The notes below the pieces were generated by a model. The model had not been told where the DNA came from, searched no databases, and saw only the letters and a list, made by a program, of their open reading frames with translations. Position numbers and translations under genes: made by a program. Source: Acidobacteriota bacterium (GTDB lineage Bacteria > Acidobacteriota > Terriglobia > Bryobacterales > UBA6623). Taken from it: 64,000 nucleotides of DNA. Positions 49,349-59,819 of the stretch are shown piece after piece; positions within the stretch are counted from its first letter, which is position 1, and each line of letters starts with the position of its first letter. The stretch lies in NCBI GenBank assembly GCA_027592785.1, contig JAQCLD010000008.1, positions 3,955 to 67,954 of the forward strand. Reading direction: 5' to 3'.

Positions 49349-49678
49349 CTATTTCGGCGGCAGGGACTTGGCGAAGCCGACCGCCGCCTTCACCCACTTC
49401 TCTAAGTCCGCGTCGCTCACGTAGCCCTCGGGTCGCACATAAACCATGCTCTTGATCGGTTTCCCGGTGAAGTCCATTGGTGCGGTGTGCGGCTCTTTCA
49501 GCGCCGCCTCCGCCCCCTCGGGTCCGAGCCGCACCATGATGCGGCCCTGCATCACCCCGCAACACATGTTGCCATCGAGCATGAAGGCGAGGCCCCCGAA
49601 CATGCGCTTCTCCGTCACGCCGCGGTGCTTGCCGATCAGCGCTTGAACGCGCTCGGCCAGCGCTTCGTCGTAGGGCAT
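49349..49678 (-). CDS. TfoX/Sxy N-terminal domain protein
   Basis: YDEALAERV, EKRMFGGLAFMLDGNMCCGV, MDFTGKP. Confidence 0.88.
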   Translation of the reverse strand: MPYDEALAERVQALIGKHRGVTEKRMFGGLAFMLDGNMCCGVMQGRIMVRLGPEGAEAALKEPHTAPMDFTGKPIKSMVYVRPEGYVSDADLEKWVKAAVGFAKSLPPK

Positions 49679-49682
49679 GGCG

Positions 49683-51746
49683 CTACCTCCCGGCCGCGGT
49701 CAACTCGCTCACCAGCGTTCGCGCACGGTAGGCGTCGCGCAGCATCTCCAGCATGCCGCGGACATCCACACTCACCGCTCGCGCTTGCGTTTCAGAATAC
49801 TGAAAGTCATTCGACAGCGACTGAATGTTGCCGTCGAATATCAGCCCGACAACGCGGCCTTCGCGGTCCAACAGCGGACTGCCCGAGTTGCCGCCGGTGA
49901 TGTCATTGGTCGAGACCAGATTGTAAGGCGTGTCCTCGGCGAGACGCCGGCGGGCTGTCGTGAACCGTTTCGGCAATTCGTAAGGGTCCTCCCCCGTCGC
50001 CTTCTCGAACAGGCCGCCGATCGTCGTGAACGGGGCCACTCTCTTGCGCCCATCGTTGAGATAAGCCTTCACCATGCCAAATGCGAGCCGCAGCGTGAAC
50101 GTCGCATCGGGATATACGTTTGCGCCCATCGCCGCGAATCTTGCCTGGGCGATACGCGTGCCGTTGGCCTGCTCAACCGCGTCTACTTCGTTCTCGTAAC
50201 GCTCGCGGATTTCCCGTGCCCGCTCATCGACTAGCCGATAGAAAACCATCATCGGATCATCCGAATCCTTGGCGCTCGCGGCATCGTTGGCCCCGAGCTG
50301 CTTGCGAAACTCCGCATCCCCAAGTTTCGTCGCTGTAATCACCTCGCGCGCGACCTGCTCCGGAGTTCTATTACCCAACAGCCGCTTCACCGTGGGGTCG
50401 TTGGGACTCAAACGGTCGCGCAGGAACTCCAAGCTTTCGGCCAGCTTGACGACCTCCACATTCGGATCAACCGGAGCCGTCGAATAGAGTTGCTGATAGA
50501 GCGACTCCAATCCGGCGCTCTGATACTCCTCCAGCCTCTCGCCATCAGGCTTGCCGAGTTCCGCCGAGAGCCGCGTCAGGTGCCGAGCGAAAGTGATGTA
50601 GCGCGAGTAGAGGCCCAGACTTGCCAGCAGCCGGTACTCCTCGTAGATATCGTTCTTCACGCTTTGCGCGGCTGCGATCTTCTGCCACGCATCGCCGTAT
50701 TTCGCTTGTTGCTCCGCATCGGCGGCGACCGCCGCACGCAGCGCTTTCTCCTCCGCCGACTGCGCGGCAAAAAGCTCGCGGTTGCGCAGTCCGGCCAGCA
50801 TCCCTGTGTAGGCCTTGATGCTGTTGTTGATGCGGAACAATTCGTCGCGCGACAGCCGCGCCGCATCTCCGCCGCTTGCTCCGTAACCCTCCAACGCCGT
50901 GCCGATACGCGTCAGAAAGTCCAACATGAAGGGCATCCGCCGATCCCGTTCGTACTGCAGTTGAGCCTCGGTCAGCAATCGTTGCGTGCTCCCCGGGTGT
51001 CCCGAGACGATCACAAACTCCTGCTCATCCGCGCCCGTCGTATCCCAGGGCAAGACCGCCGGCGATGTGATCGGGCGCCCCTTGTCATAGACCCGCAAGA
51101 ACGATACGTCCAAGCAGTACCGCGGGAAAGTGAAGTTGTCCGGATCGCCCCCAAAGAAGGCTGCCTGGAACTCGGGCGCGAAGACCAATCGGATGTCCGT
51201 GTAACGTTTGTATTTGTAGAGATCGAAAATGCCGCCGGCATAGAGGCTGACGACATCGCAACGCATCAGCGTCGAGTCGCGGCAGTCCTTTTGGATGCGC
51301 GCGATTTCGGCTTGCTGCGCCTCGCGCTTCGCCGCATCGTCCATGTCGTCCTCGACGCCGCGGTTGACTTGATCGGTGACCGTCTCGATCTCCATCAACA
51401 CGTTCAATTCAAGATCAGGACACTTCAGCTCACGGGCCCGCGTCGTCGCGTAAAAGCCGTCCGCAACGTAATCCTTTTCTTCCGAACTCACCTTGCGTAT
51501 GCAGTCCGACGCCACATGATGGTTGGTCATCACCAGGCCGCTCGGAGACACGAACGATCCCGATCCGCCGTTGTTGAGCCGCACCGAACCTTTTTGCAGG
51601 CGGGTCAGCAACTCGGCCGAAGGCTCGAAATCATGATCGGCCTTCAGCTGTTCTAGCGGCAGCCGGTTGTAGGTCCACATGCCCTCGTCCGCCATCAGCG
51701 AGGGAACGATCAAAAACGGAATGAGTAGGAAGGTTTTGAGTTGCAT
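49683..51746 (-). CDS. S46 family dipeptidyl peptidase
   Basis: ADEGMW, SGSFVS..GLVMTNHHV, FGGDPDNF, YPDATFTLR, DITGGNSGSP. Confidence 0.95.
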   Translation of the reverse strand: MQLKTFLLIPFLIVPSLMADEGMWTYNRLPLEQLKADHDFEPSAELLTRLQKGSVRLNNGGSGSFVSPSGLVMTNHHVASDCIRKVSSEEKDYVADGFYATTRARELKCPDLELNVLMEIETVTDQVNRGVEDDMDDAAKREAQQAEIARIQKDCRDSTLMRCDVVSLYAGGIFDLYKYKRYTDIRLVFAPEFQAAFFGGDPDNFTFPRYCLDVSFLRVYDKGRPITSPAVLPWDTTGADEQEFVIVSGHPGSTQRLLTEAQLQYERDRRMPFMLDFLTRIGTALEGYGASGGDAARLSRDELFRINNSIKAYTGMLAGLRNRELFAAQSAEEKALRAAVAADAEQQAKYGDAWQKIAAAQSVKNDIYEEYRLLASLGLYSRYITFARHLTRLSAELGKPDGERLEEYQSAGLESLYQQLYSTAPVDPNVEVVKLAESLEFLRDRLSPNDPTVKRLLGNRTPEQVAREVITATKLGDAEFRKQLGANDAASAKDSDDPMMVFYRLVDERAREIRERYENEVDAVEQANGTRIAQARFAAMGANVYPDATFTLRLAFGMVKAYLNDGRKRVAPFTTIGGLFEKATGEDPYELPKRFTTARRRLAEDTPYNLVSTNDITGGNSGSPLLDREGRVVGLIFDGNIQSLSNDFQYSETQARAVSVDVRGMLEMLRDAYRARTLVSELTAAGR

Positions 51747-51807
51747 GAGCGAATTTCGGCGCTGAGGAGCGCCCTTCGCCGAAATTCTAGCAGTGAACCA
51801 GCCGTGT

Positions 51808-52998
51808 TCAGGTCGATTCGACTAGATCTTCTACCTTCATGCGATACACGGCGGGCTGCCCCTCGCGGTCGCTGCTGTAGTAAACCCACTGGCTATCGCG
51901 CGAAAACACCGTTTCAGGCACAGCGCAGAAGTAGTCCAGCCTGTCGGTACCCGCAATCGGGTACGGCTTGCGGGTCGCTCCGTGTTCGCAAAGGGTGATC
52001 TCACGATCGAGACTAGGGAATAGCACGTAAATGTTCGGTCCCGACGGCCGCTTACTAGCCCCCACATAGGCCGATCCGTCCACGTTTTCTTGCAGCCAGC
52101 CAAACGCCGAGCATCTCGCGATCCGTCTTTCCGCCCCCGTCTCCGGCACGATGCTACGGATCGTTGCTCCGCGCAAGCTCTCATCCGGGAAGTGAACGAA
52201 GCGTGCCTCGCCTCCGCCCAGCGCCCAATAGGCCCGGTCGATGCGGCTGCCATCGTCTGGGCGCAGCGGCTTGGCGTTCTTCTCGTCGATGTTTGACCAA
52301 TAGACTTGAGCGCCAAGGCCCGCCCCAGCCTCTTGCGTATACAGCAACTCTCTGCGTCCCGGCCTGAATTGCGGATACGTCAGCCAAGCCCTCTGGGTGA
52401 CCGCAATCCGGTCCCTCCCGCTGGCCAGGTCGACCACGCGAATCCGGCACTGTGGGCTTACCGCGATTTGTTCGGTTGGGTTGTCGCGGTAGTCGTCTTC
52501 ACGGATCTCTACCAACGCCGCCGTCCGGGCGCCCTCGGAGATGCTCATGTGTCCCGTAAATCGCCAGCCTCCTGGCAAGCGAAATACTTGGCGATGACCG
52601 CGTCCGTTCAGCGATGTCCTATTCAGCCCGTCGCTTTGCAGGTAGAACACCTCTTTCTCGGCATCGTCCATCGTCGCCGAATATGGGAATGTTCCTTCGC
52701 CGCCGGTCAACTGCGTAATCCGATTCCGCCGCAGATCGTAGTAGTGAATCTGCCGTGTGCCGTCCGCCTCCCCTCCCAATATGAGAGAGCGATTATTCGA
52801 CGCGAGAAAGTGATGATGATAGTGCGGGAAGTGGAATAGGATCTTCAAGTCCGTCAGCCGGTCTAGGGCCCGGCCCGTTAGCTCATCCGTCAGCTCGACG
52901 GCCTCTTGCTCGAAGCGCGAACCTTGTGCCCCCTTCAACGAAGGGCCATTCAGCAAGAGGCTCGCTGCCAGAACCCTTCTGCGAGACCACAAGCTCAT
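51808..52998 (-). CDS. Oligogalacturonate lyase-like beta-propeller protein (Tat-like signal)
   Basis: SRRR leader, DELTGR..RLT, FSRDSQWVYYSSDREGQPAVY. Confidence 0.7.
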   Translation of the reverse strand: MSLWSRRRVLAASLLLNGPSLKGAQGSRFEQEAVELTDELTGRALDRLTDLKILFHFPHYHHHFLASNNRSLILGGEADGTRQIHYYDLRRNRITQLTGGEGTFPYSATMDDAEKEVFYLQSDGLNRTSLNGRGHRQVFRLPGGWRFTGHMSISEGARTAALVEIREDDYRDNPTEQIAVSPQCRIRVVDLASGRDRIAVTQRAWLTYPQFRPGRRELLYTQEAGAGLGAQVYWSNIDEKNAKPLRPDDGSRIDRAYWALGGGEARFVHFPDESLRGATIRSIVPETGAERRIARCSAFGWLQENVDGSAYVGASKRPSGPNIYVLFPSLDREITLCEHGATRKPYPIAGTDRLDYFCAVPETVFSRDSQWVYYSSDREGQPAVYRMKVEDLVEST

Positions 52999-53069
52999 CA
53001 GGGCTCATCCTATCAAGAGTCAGTGTTCTTTCAGCCGTTCAGATCCCGTCCATGCGAAAATTGACGGCA

Positions 53070-54146
53070 ATGCAAAAAGCCGACGGAATGAACTACGCCC
53101 CCAAGGGCAAAGCCGCGCCCGTGGTCGGTCCGGGAGACTTCCCCATCGCCGCGGTCGGTCTCGATCACGGCCACGTCTACGGCATGTCCAACGGTCTCAT
53201 TGAGTCCGGCGCAGAAATCCGTTGGGCTTACGACCCCGATCCCGACAAGGTCAAACGTTTCCTCGACACCTACCCGCAAGCCAAGGCCGCCCGCTCCAAA
53301 CAAGAAGTCTTGGACGACCCGGCCATCAAACTGGTCGTCTCTTCCTGCGTCCCTTACGACCGCGGCCCGCTGGGCGTTGAGGTGATGTCGCACGGCAAGG
53401 ACTATTTCGTCGACAAGGCCCCCCTCATCACCCTCGAACAACTGGCTGCCGCTCGCGCCAAAGCCGCCGAGACCGGGCAAAAATACTTCGTCTACTACGG
53501 TGAACGGCTGCACAGCGAGTGTTCGATTTACGCCGGCAATCTCATCGCCGAAGGCGCCATCGGACGCGTTCTGCAGGTCATCGGCCTCGGCCCGCATCGG
53601 CTCGCCGCCGCCACCCGGCCCGCCTGGTTTTTTGAGCGCAAGTCCTACGGCGGCATCCTCATCGACATCGGCAGCCACCAAATCGAGCAGTTCATGCATT
53701 TTGCCGACGCCCAAGATGCCCAAGTCGTCTCGTCCCGTGTCGCCAACTACGCTAACAAGCAATACCCGGAACTCGAAGATTTCGGCGACGCCACGCTCAC
53801 CGCCGACAACGGCGCAACCAACTACTTCCGCGTGGACTGGTTCACCCCCGACGGCCTGGGCGCCTGGGGCGACGGACGCGCCACGATCATGGGCACGGAT
53901 GGCTACATCGAACTGCGCAAGTACCTCGACATCGCCCGCGATTCGGAGTCCGATCAGCTCTATCTGGTCAACGGCAAGGAAGAGAAGCGTATCTCGACGC
54001 ACAACACGGTGGGATTTCCGTTCTTTGGCCAACTCATTCTCGACTGCGTGAATAGGACCGAAAACGCGATGACCCAGGAGCGCGCCTTCCGCGTCGCCGA
54101 GCTGTCGCTGATTGCTCAGCAGCAGGCGATCCGAATAGAAGCATGA
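53070..54146 (+). CDS. Gfo/Idh/MocA oxidoreductase (alternative start 53052)
   Basis: GLDHGHVYGM, GKDYFVDKAP, GGILIDIGSHQ, RVDWFTPDGL. Confidence 0.9.
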   Translation: MQKADGMNYAPKGKAAPVVGPGDFPIAAVGLDHGHVYGMSNGLIESGAEIRWAYDPDPDKVKRFLDTYPQAKAARSKQEVLDDPAIKLVVSSCVPYDRGPLGVEVMSHGKDYFVDKAPLITLEQLAAARAKAAETGQKYFVYYGERLHSECSIYAGNLIAEGAIGRVLQVIGLGPHRLAAATRPAWFFERKSYGGILIDIGSHQIEQFMHFADAQDAQVVSSRVANYANKQYPELEDFGDATLTADNGATNYFRVDWFTPDGLGAWGDGRATIMGTDGYIELRKYLDIARDSESDQLYLVNGKEEKRISTHNTVGFPFFGQLILDCVNRTENAMTQERAFRVAELSLIAQQQAIRIEA

Positions 54147-54772
54147 CCCTGCAAGGAGTCATTTACAAAGGTCCGCCGCTAGAAAATCCAGCCGTACTCC
54201 AGGGGCTGCCGGGCGAACTGTTTGAGGTCCTCTGGCAAGTCAACGGATTCATCGCCTATGCCGGCGGCTTACACGTCCGTGGCTTCCTCGACACCCCCGA
54301 GTGGCACTCTTTCTCCCGTTATCACTCCGGCGAAATGGCGCTCCGCAATCTCTACCCGCAGCTGAAGAAATATGACTTCCCCTTCGGCCAGGACTTCCTC
54401 GGCAACCAGTTCCTACTGCGCGACTCGGAAGTGTTCAAGTTGCGCGCCGATACCGGAGAAGTCAGCAGCCTACACGTCGACCTTTCCGAGTTCTTCGAGG
54501 CCGCCAAGAAGGACCCGGTCAGCTACTTGTCGCTGGAGCTTCTGGCTCTATTCCACGAACAGAATGGCGCGCTCGACCCGGGCCAGCTGATCCACACCAT
54601 GCCGCCCCTGTGTCTCAAAAGGGAGGATAAGAAGCTGGCCATGAAAGCCGTCCCCGCCGACAACGCCATTGCCTTCCTCGCCCACTTCGCTCGTCAGATC
54701 AACGAAGTGCCCGAAGGGACGGAAATCAACCTCAAGCTCTTCAAGCCCCCCGACGGCGATCCGCTGCAGTAG
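54143..54772 (+). CDS. SMI1/KNR4-like (SUKH/GAD-like) protein
   Basis: LP......L...NGFIAYAGGLHVRG, PFGQDFLGNQF, PPLCL..GTEI; ATGA overlap with the upstream gene. Confidence 0.65.
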   Translation: MTLQGVIYKGPPLENPAVLQGLPGELFEVLWQVNGFIAYAGGLHVRGFLDTPEWHSFSRYHSGEMALRNLYPQLKKYDFPFGQDFLGNQFLLRDSEVFKLRADTGEVSSLHVDLSEFFEAAKKDPVSYLSLELLALFHEQNGALDPGQLIHTMPPLCLKREDKKLAMKAVPADNAIAFLAHFARQINEVPEGTEINLKLFKPPDGDPLQ

Positions 54773-54774
54773 CC

Positions 54775-56253
54775 CTAGCGCACGCCGCCCATTTGCTTTT
54801 TCACCAGCGGTGCTAGAGCAATTACGAGAACCGCGACCCCGATATTGATCGCCGCCACCGTTCCAAACAATTGCGGCAGCGGCAGCGATTCAAACAAGCC
54901 GGCGATCTCGCCCCCTATGTAGTTGCCGATCGACGCCGCCAAGAACCACACGCCCATGATCTGGCCGACGATCTTCTGCGGCGCCAGCTTCGTCATCACG
55001 CTCAGCCCAACCGGGCTCAGGCAGAGTTCGCCCAGCGTATGCAGCAGATAGGTCGCGAACAGCCATCCAGGGCTTACCAGCGAGTCGTCGCCCGTGACTA
55101 GGCGCGCAGCGAACATCATCACGATGAAGCCCAGCCCGACGCCTACCAAGCCCAAGGAGAACTTCATCGGGCTCGACGGCTGTTTGGAGCCCATCCTGAT
55201 CCATAGCCAAGAGAAGACCGGCGCCAGCAGAACAATGAAGACTGGATTCAGCGACTGAAACCACGTCGACGGGAAGGGCATTCCCAACAAAGCGTTGTCC
55301 GTCATGCGGTCCGCGAACAGCGTCAGACTCGATCCTGCTTGTTCGAAGCCGGCCCAGAACAGCGCGGCCACCAAAAAGAGGACAAATATGCTGATGCCGC
55401 GCTTCTTTTCCGTCGCATCGAAGTTGCCGCCCACGTAAAGCGCAACCATGAACACTGTCGACCCTGCCAACAGAATCACAAAGCGCTGTAGCTGGCTCAA
55501 TTCCAGGCCAAAGACCAGGTCTCCCGCCATCGCGATCAAGATCAATCCCACTCCCAAGAACCAAAGTACTCCGCTGAATGAGAATTCGGTCTTCTGCCCC
55601 GGCGCTGGAGCCTTGCCCGCCTGCCCCAGCCGATTCGCCGTCAGCGTGTATTGGATGAGGCCGAAGAGCATGCCCACGCCTGCCGCGCCGAAGCCCCAGT
55701 GCCAACCGACTTTCTGCGCCAGCGTTCCGCAAATCAGCGGCGCCAAGAAGGCCCCCAAATTGATGCCCATGTAGTAGAGCGAGAAGCCGCTATCCTTGCG
55801 TGGATCGTTGCGCTCGTAGAGCTCTCCGACCAGCGCGCTGATGTTGGGCTTCAATAAGCCCGTTCCGATCACGATCAAAATGAGACCAATGTAAACAGCA
55901 GTTTCCGACTGGTTCACCAGCGTGAAGTGACCAGCCATGATGGCGATGCCGCCCCACAACACGGCCTTCCGCAATCCAATCAGCCGGTCCGCGACCCAGC
56001 CCCCCGGCAGACACGCCAAATAGACCGAAGCGGTATAGAGACCATAGACTCGCGTTGCCACCGCGGTCGTCAATCCCAACCCTCCCGTGGCCGCCGATGC
56101 CGTCAGAAACAGCACCAAAAAAGACCGCATGCCGTAATAACTAAGCCGTTCCCACATCTCCGTGAAGAACAGCGTCGTCAGGCCCCGCGGATGTCCGCCG
56201 ATGCCCCCCGTGTCTCTCTGCACGCCGCCGGCGGAAGTTTCACTTTCGTTCAT
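54775..56253 (-). CDS. POT/PTR proton-dependent oligopeptide transporter
   Basis: GHPRGL, FTEMWERLSYYGMR (ExxER), GTGLLKPNIS, YMGINLG, GELCLSPVG. Confidence 0.95.
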   Translation of the reverse strand: MNESETSAGGVQRDTGGIGGHPRGLTTLFFTEMWERLSYYGMRSFLVLFLTASAATGGLGLTTAVATRVYGLYTASVYLACLPGGWVADRLIGLRKAVLWGGIAIMAGHFTLVNQSETAVYIGLILIVIGTGLLKPNISALVGELYERNDPRKDSGFSLYYMGINLGAFLAPLICGTLAQKVGWHWGFGAAGVGMLFGLIQYTLTANRLGQAGKAPAPGQKTEFSFSGVLWFLGVGLILIAMAGDLVFGLELSQLQRFVILLAGSTVFMVALYVGGNFDATEKKRGISIFVLFLVAALFWAGFEQAGSSLTLFADRMTDNALLGMPFPSTWFQSLNPVFIVLLAPVFSWLWIRMGSKQPSSPMKFSLGLVGVGLGFIVMMFAARLVTGDDSLVSPGWLFATYLLHTLGELCLSPVGLSVMTKLAPQKIVGQIMGVWFLAASIGNYIGGEIAGLFESLPLPQLFGTVAAINIGVAVLVIALAPLVKKQMGGVR

Positions 56254-56451
56254 CAAATGCCCCTAGCGCGTATCCAGCCGTAGGACGTATTCTGACGTCG
56301 AGCTGCCATACGGAAGTGTCTGATTATATACAGTTAGCCCGCCGGACCATGCGATCCTGCCTTGTGAGAAGATAAGGCTTCTTGTGGCCGGTAGGAGCGT
56401 TCGCCCGCGTCCCCCAACCCACTACGCCGACAGCAAACTTCTCCCGGTCGG

Positions 56452-57714
56452 ATGAGCGTCGCACCCCAGCAGCCAGAAGCATCCGTTGCGCCCCAAGAAG
56501 GGAAAGGCTTCCTGCGACGAACTTTTCAGGCTTTCCACTACAGGAACTTCCGCCTCATGTGGTCGGGCGCCTTCGCGTCCACCACTGGCTCTTTCGTTCA
56601 AGAAGTCGCCCAAAGCTGGCTCGTTTATCAGCTGACCAACGACCCCTTCTTGCTCGGTCTCACCGTATTTCTCAACAACGCCCCGATCCTCCTGTTTTCC
56701 TTGCTCGGAGGCGTCGCCGCCGACCGCATGGACCGGCGCAAATTATTAATCGGCTCGCAGATCGTTCAGATGCTTGCGGCGCTCACGCTCGCGGTGCTGA
56801 TCTTCACCGGATACATCGAAATCTGGCACATTCTCGTTGCCGCTTTCTGCACAGGTATCGGTCAAGCCTTCGGCGGTCCGGCCTACCAAGCGATCATTCC
56901 GTCACTCATCGACAAGAAAGATCTGCCCAACGCCATCGCCCTGATGTCGATCCAGTTCAACTTGGCGCAAGTCGTTGGACGCGCAATCGGCGGAGTCGCC
57001 TACGCCGCCGTCGGTCCGGCGCTCTGCTTCGCCATTAACGGCTTTTCGTTTTTGGCCGTCATCGGCTCCCTGCTGCTGTTGCCGTGTACTTACGTTCCCA
57101 GCAAGACTCAAACCCGCGTCATGCTCAGCCTCAAAGAAGGCCTCAACTTTGTTTTCAGTAACAAATCAATGTTTTCGCTGGTCTTGCTCGCTGTCGCCAC
57201 AGCTTTCCTCGGCGTGCCGATCATGACCCTCCTGCCGGTGTTCGCCCGTGACGTATATGGTCTGGGTCCGGAAGGCTACGCCACCCTTGCCGCCACCTTC
57301 GGAGCCGGAGCCGTCTGCGGAGCCCTAGCCGTAGCCTGGCTCGGCAATCATCCCCGCAAAGGCCTGCGCGCGCTGTTCATGCAAATCAGCCTCGGCCTGG
57401 CAACGCTCGCGTTTGGCTTCGCCGGCAACATCTACGTCGCCGCCGTGCTCTTGTTCATCACCGGCGCCTCAGTGCTCTCCGTCTTCACCTCCGTCAACTC
57501 GCTGGTGCAATTGCTCGCTCCCGAGAATATGCGCGGCCGCATCATGAGCGTCTACAACACCTCCTTCCGCGGCTCCATGGCTCTTGGTCCGCTCGCCGCC
57601 GGCGCCCTCGCCAAAAACTATGGCGCCTCGATGACCGTGTCTCTCTACGGCGCCGCGCTGGTCACCGTCGCCGTCTTGTTCCTGATCAAAAACAAGCACG
57701 TCCGCGAACTCTAA
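56452..57714 (+). CDS. MFS transporter (MFS_3-like)
   Basis: GGVAADRMDRRK, PAYQAIIP, MRGRIMS; about 12 TM helices. Confidence 0.9.
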   Translation: MSVAPQQPEASVAPQEGKGFLRRTFQAFHYRNFRLMWSGAFASTTGSFVQEVAQSWLVYQLTNDPFLLGLTVFLNNAPILLFSLLGGVAADRMDRRKLLIGSQIVQMLAALTLAVLIFTGYIEIWHILVAAFCTGIGQAFGGPAYQAIIPSLIDKKDLPNAIALMSIQFNLAQVVGRAIGGVAYAAVGPALCFAINGFSFLAVIGSLLLLPCTYVPSKTQTRVMLSLKEGLNFVFSNKSMFSLVLLAVATAFLGVPIMTLLPVFARDVYGLGPEGYATLAATFGAGAVCGALAVAWLGNHPRKGLRALFMQISLGLATLAFGFAGNIYVAAVLLFITGASVLSVFTSVNSLVQLLAPENMRGRIMSVYNTSFRGSMALGPLAAGALAKNYGASMTVSLYGAALVTVAVLFLIKNKHVREL

Positions 57715-57783
57715 TTTTTTCAACGAATTTACGCCTTACCCTAAGGCAGGCCGCACTACACGTCGATGTAGTCTGGCATCGAG

Positions 57784-59169
57784 ATGCGCTACGCACTCAG
57801 CTTGATCCTGCTTGTTTGCTCGCCGTTGGCGGCGGCGGAGTTCTGGATCTCCCCTAGCGGCAGTCACCGCGGCCCAGGAACCCTCAGCGACCCCTGGAGC
57901 CTATCCGCCGCCCTCGCACAGCCGTCCCAAGTTGCTCCCGGCGATACGCTCTGGCTGCTGCCCGGCGTGTACAACCTCCAACAGCCGCTCGTCAGCCGTC
58001 TCTCCGGAACACGGAATCGACCCATCAAACTCCGCGCGCAACCAGGCGCCAGCGTCACGCTCGACTGCGCCACGCCCTCCGCACTTGCCGGCGACGCAAC
58101 GTGTCTGCTCATCGAAGGGTCCCACGCTTGGTACGAGGGCTTCGAGATCTTAAACTCGCGCGAGATTCGCAGCGTCGCTACTCCCGGCGCGCCAGCTAAT
58201 CCCCGCGGCACCGGCATCCAAGCCCGCTCCGGCCCCGGCGTCAAACTCATCAATCTCGTGATCCACGACGTCGGCCTGGCCATCTTCGAATCACAGCCCT
58301 CCCGCATCGAGATCTATGGCCTGATCGCTTACAACAACGGCTGGGATGGCCCCGACCGCAGTCACGGCCCCGGCATCTACAGCCGCAACAAGACCGCCTG
58401 GGCGCGCAAGTTCATTGCAGACTCCATCGTCTTCCAGAACTACCGCCAAGGCCTGCAGGGTTACGGTACCGGCCCCAACGTCTTTAGCCAGATGCAACTC
58501 ACCGGCAACATCTTCTTCAACAACGGCATCGGACGCGACGGTCTGCACCGCAATCTCATGTTCGGCAACGAGAGCGGCGACCATGTCGGCAACGTCTTCT
58601 GGGAAAACTTCACCTACTTCCCCCACGACGCACATTCCAATGGAAACCTTTTCGGCGGCGACGGCGGCTGCCGCGACTTGCGTCTGATCGGCAACATCTT
58701 CGCCTCCGCCTCGCAGCTCAATTGCCTCCAGGGCATCGAAGCCGCAGGCAATACCTTCTACGGCAAGGTCTCCTGGGTCGCCGGCACGCAGCCTTTCCAA
58801 TCCGCTTTTCCAGCTAACGAGTATCCAGAGAATCCGTCTGGCGTCCAGATACGCATTCGCCGCAACCGCTACCAGTCCCAGCGCCTGCACGCCGTCGTCT
58901 ACAACTGGGACCGCTTAGACGCCGTCCGGCTCGACTTGTCGCGCTACGGCGTCCCGGCGGGCACACTAATCTCGGTGCGCTCCGCCCAAGACCACTTCGG
59001 CGAGCCGCTCCGTCTTCCCTACAATGGCGCCGCGCTCGCAGTTCCCATGAAGGGTTGGCACGCAGCTCTGCCAATCGGCTGGCCCGTCGGAAAATCTCTT
59101 CCGCCAACCTTCCCCGAGTTCGGCGCGTTTGTCTTAACTTGGGAACGCCCTAACTTGGCGAGCTACTGA
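57784..59169 (+). CDS. Secreted right-handed parallel beta-helix protein (pectin lyase-like fold)
   Basis: Signal peptide, SPSG...GTLSDPWSL, PGDTLWL, NLVIHD, GNIFFNN repeats. Confidence 0.8.
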   Translation: MRYALSLILLVCSPLAAAEFWISPSGSHRGPGTLSDPWSLSAALAQPSQVAPGDTLWLLPGVYNLQQPLVSRLSGTRNRPIKLRAQPGASVTLDCATPSALAGDATCLLIEGSHAWYEGFEILNSREIRSVATPGAPANPRGTGIQARSGPGVKLINLVIHDVGLAIFESQPSRIEIYGLIAYNNGWDGPDRSHGPGIYSRNKTAWARKFIADSIVFQNYRQGLQGYGTGPNVFSQMQLTGNIFFNNGIGRDGLHRNLMFGNESGDHVGNVFWENFTYFPHDAHSNGNLFGGDGGCRDLRLIGNIFASASQLNCLQGIEAAGNTFYGKVSWVAGTQPFQSAFPANEYPENPSGVQIRIRRNRYQSQRLHAVVYNWDRLDAVRLDLSRYGVPAGTLISVRSAQDHFGEPLRLPYNGAALAVPMKGWHAALPIGWPVGKSLPPTFPEFGAFVLTWERPNLASY

Positions 59170-59762
59170 ATGGTGCTGGCGTCTTCCACGCCCATCGGCC
59201 CCGTCGTGATGTTGCGATTCACGTGGCGGTCCAGATTGATCACGTAAGTATCTGGCGATGCCAGCAGATGCGGCGAGTGCGTCGCGGCAATAATCCGGAA
59301 ATTCTTCTGATCCACCAGTTCCTTGAGCATCTTCAAGATCCGCCGTTGGTTCGACTGCGACAGCGCCATCTCCGGCTCATCCAGCAACAGCACCGACCCA
59401 TCCGGCAGCGACGGGAACGTTTCGCGGAACAGCGACAGCATCACTTGGCCGTGGCTTGCGGAGGTAATGAACTCTTTCATCCGCGGATCGTCGTCGAACA
59501 ACTCCGGGTTGTTGCGCGGGTTGTGCTGCTCGGCATCGAACAGCAATACCTTGCCTAACTCCACGTCCTTCTTGTCCAGCTTGTAGGCGTAGCTCTCCAC
59601 CTGTTCCTCGCGCATCGCTAGATAGATCGAGTGCAACAGCGTGGACTTCCCCGAGCCGTTCTCTCCTTCCAACATGACCAATGGATGTGAGAGATCCACA
59701 ATCATCGGCATATGGAAGTTCAGGTTGACGAAGATCGGGTGCGAAAGAATCTTGAGGTACAT
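59163..59762 (-). CDS. Stand-alone ABC-superfamily ATPase (COG3910-like)
   Basis: GENGSGKST, SHGQ signature, LLLDEPE, ATHSP. Confidence 0.88.
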   Translation of the reverse strand: MYLKILSHPIFVNLNFHMPMIVDLSHPLVMLEGENGSGKSTLLHSIYLAMREEQVESYAYKLDKKDVELGKVLLFDAEQHNPRNNPELFDDDPRMKEFITSASHGQVMLSLFRETFPSLPDGSVLLLDEPEMALSQSNQRRILKMLKELVDQKNFRIIAATHSPHLLASPDTYVINLDRHVNRNITTGPMGVEDASTIQ

Positions 59763-59819
59763 ACGGTATGTCCAAGCATACCAACGGCAGGGACGTCTTC
59801 GATGCGCCATGCTAGTTAC

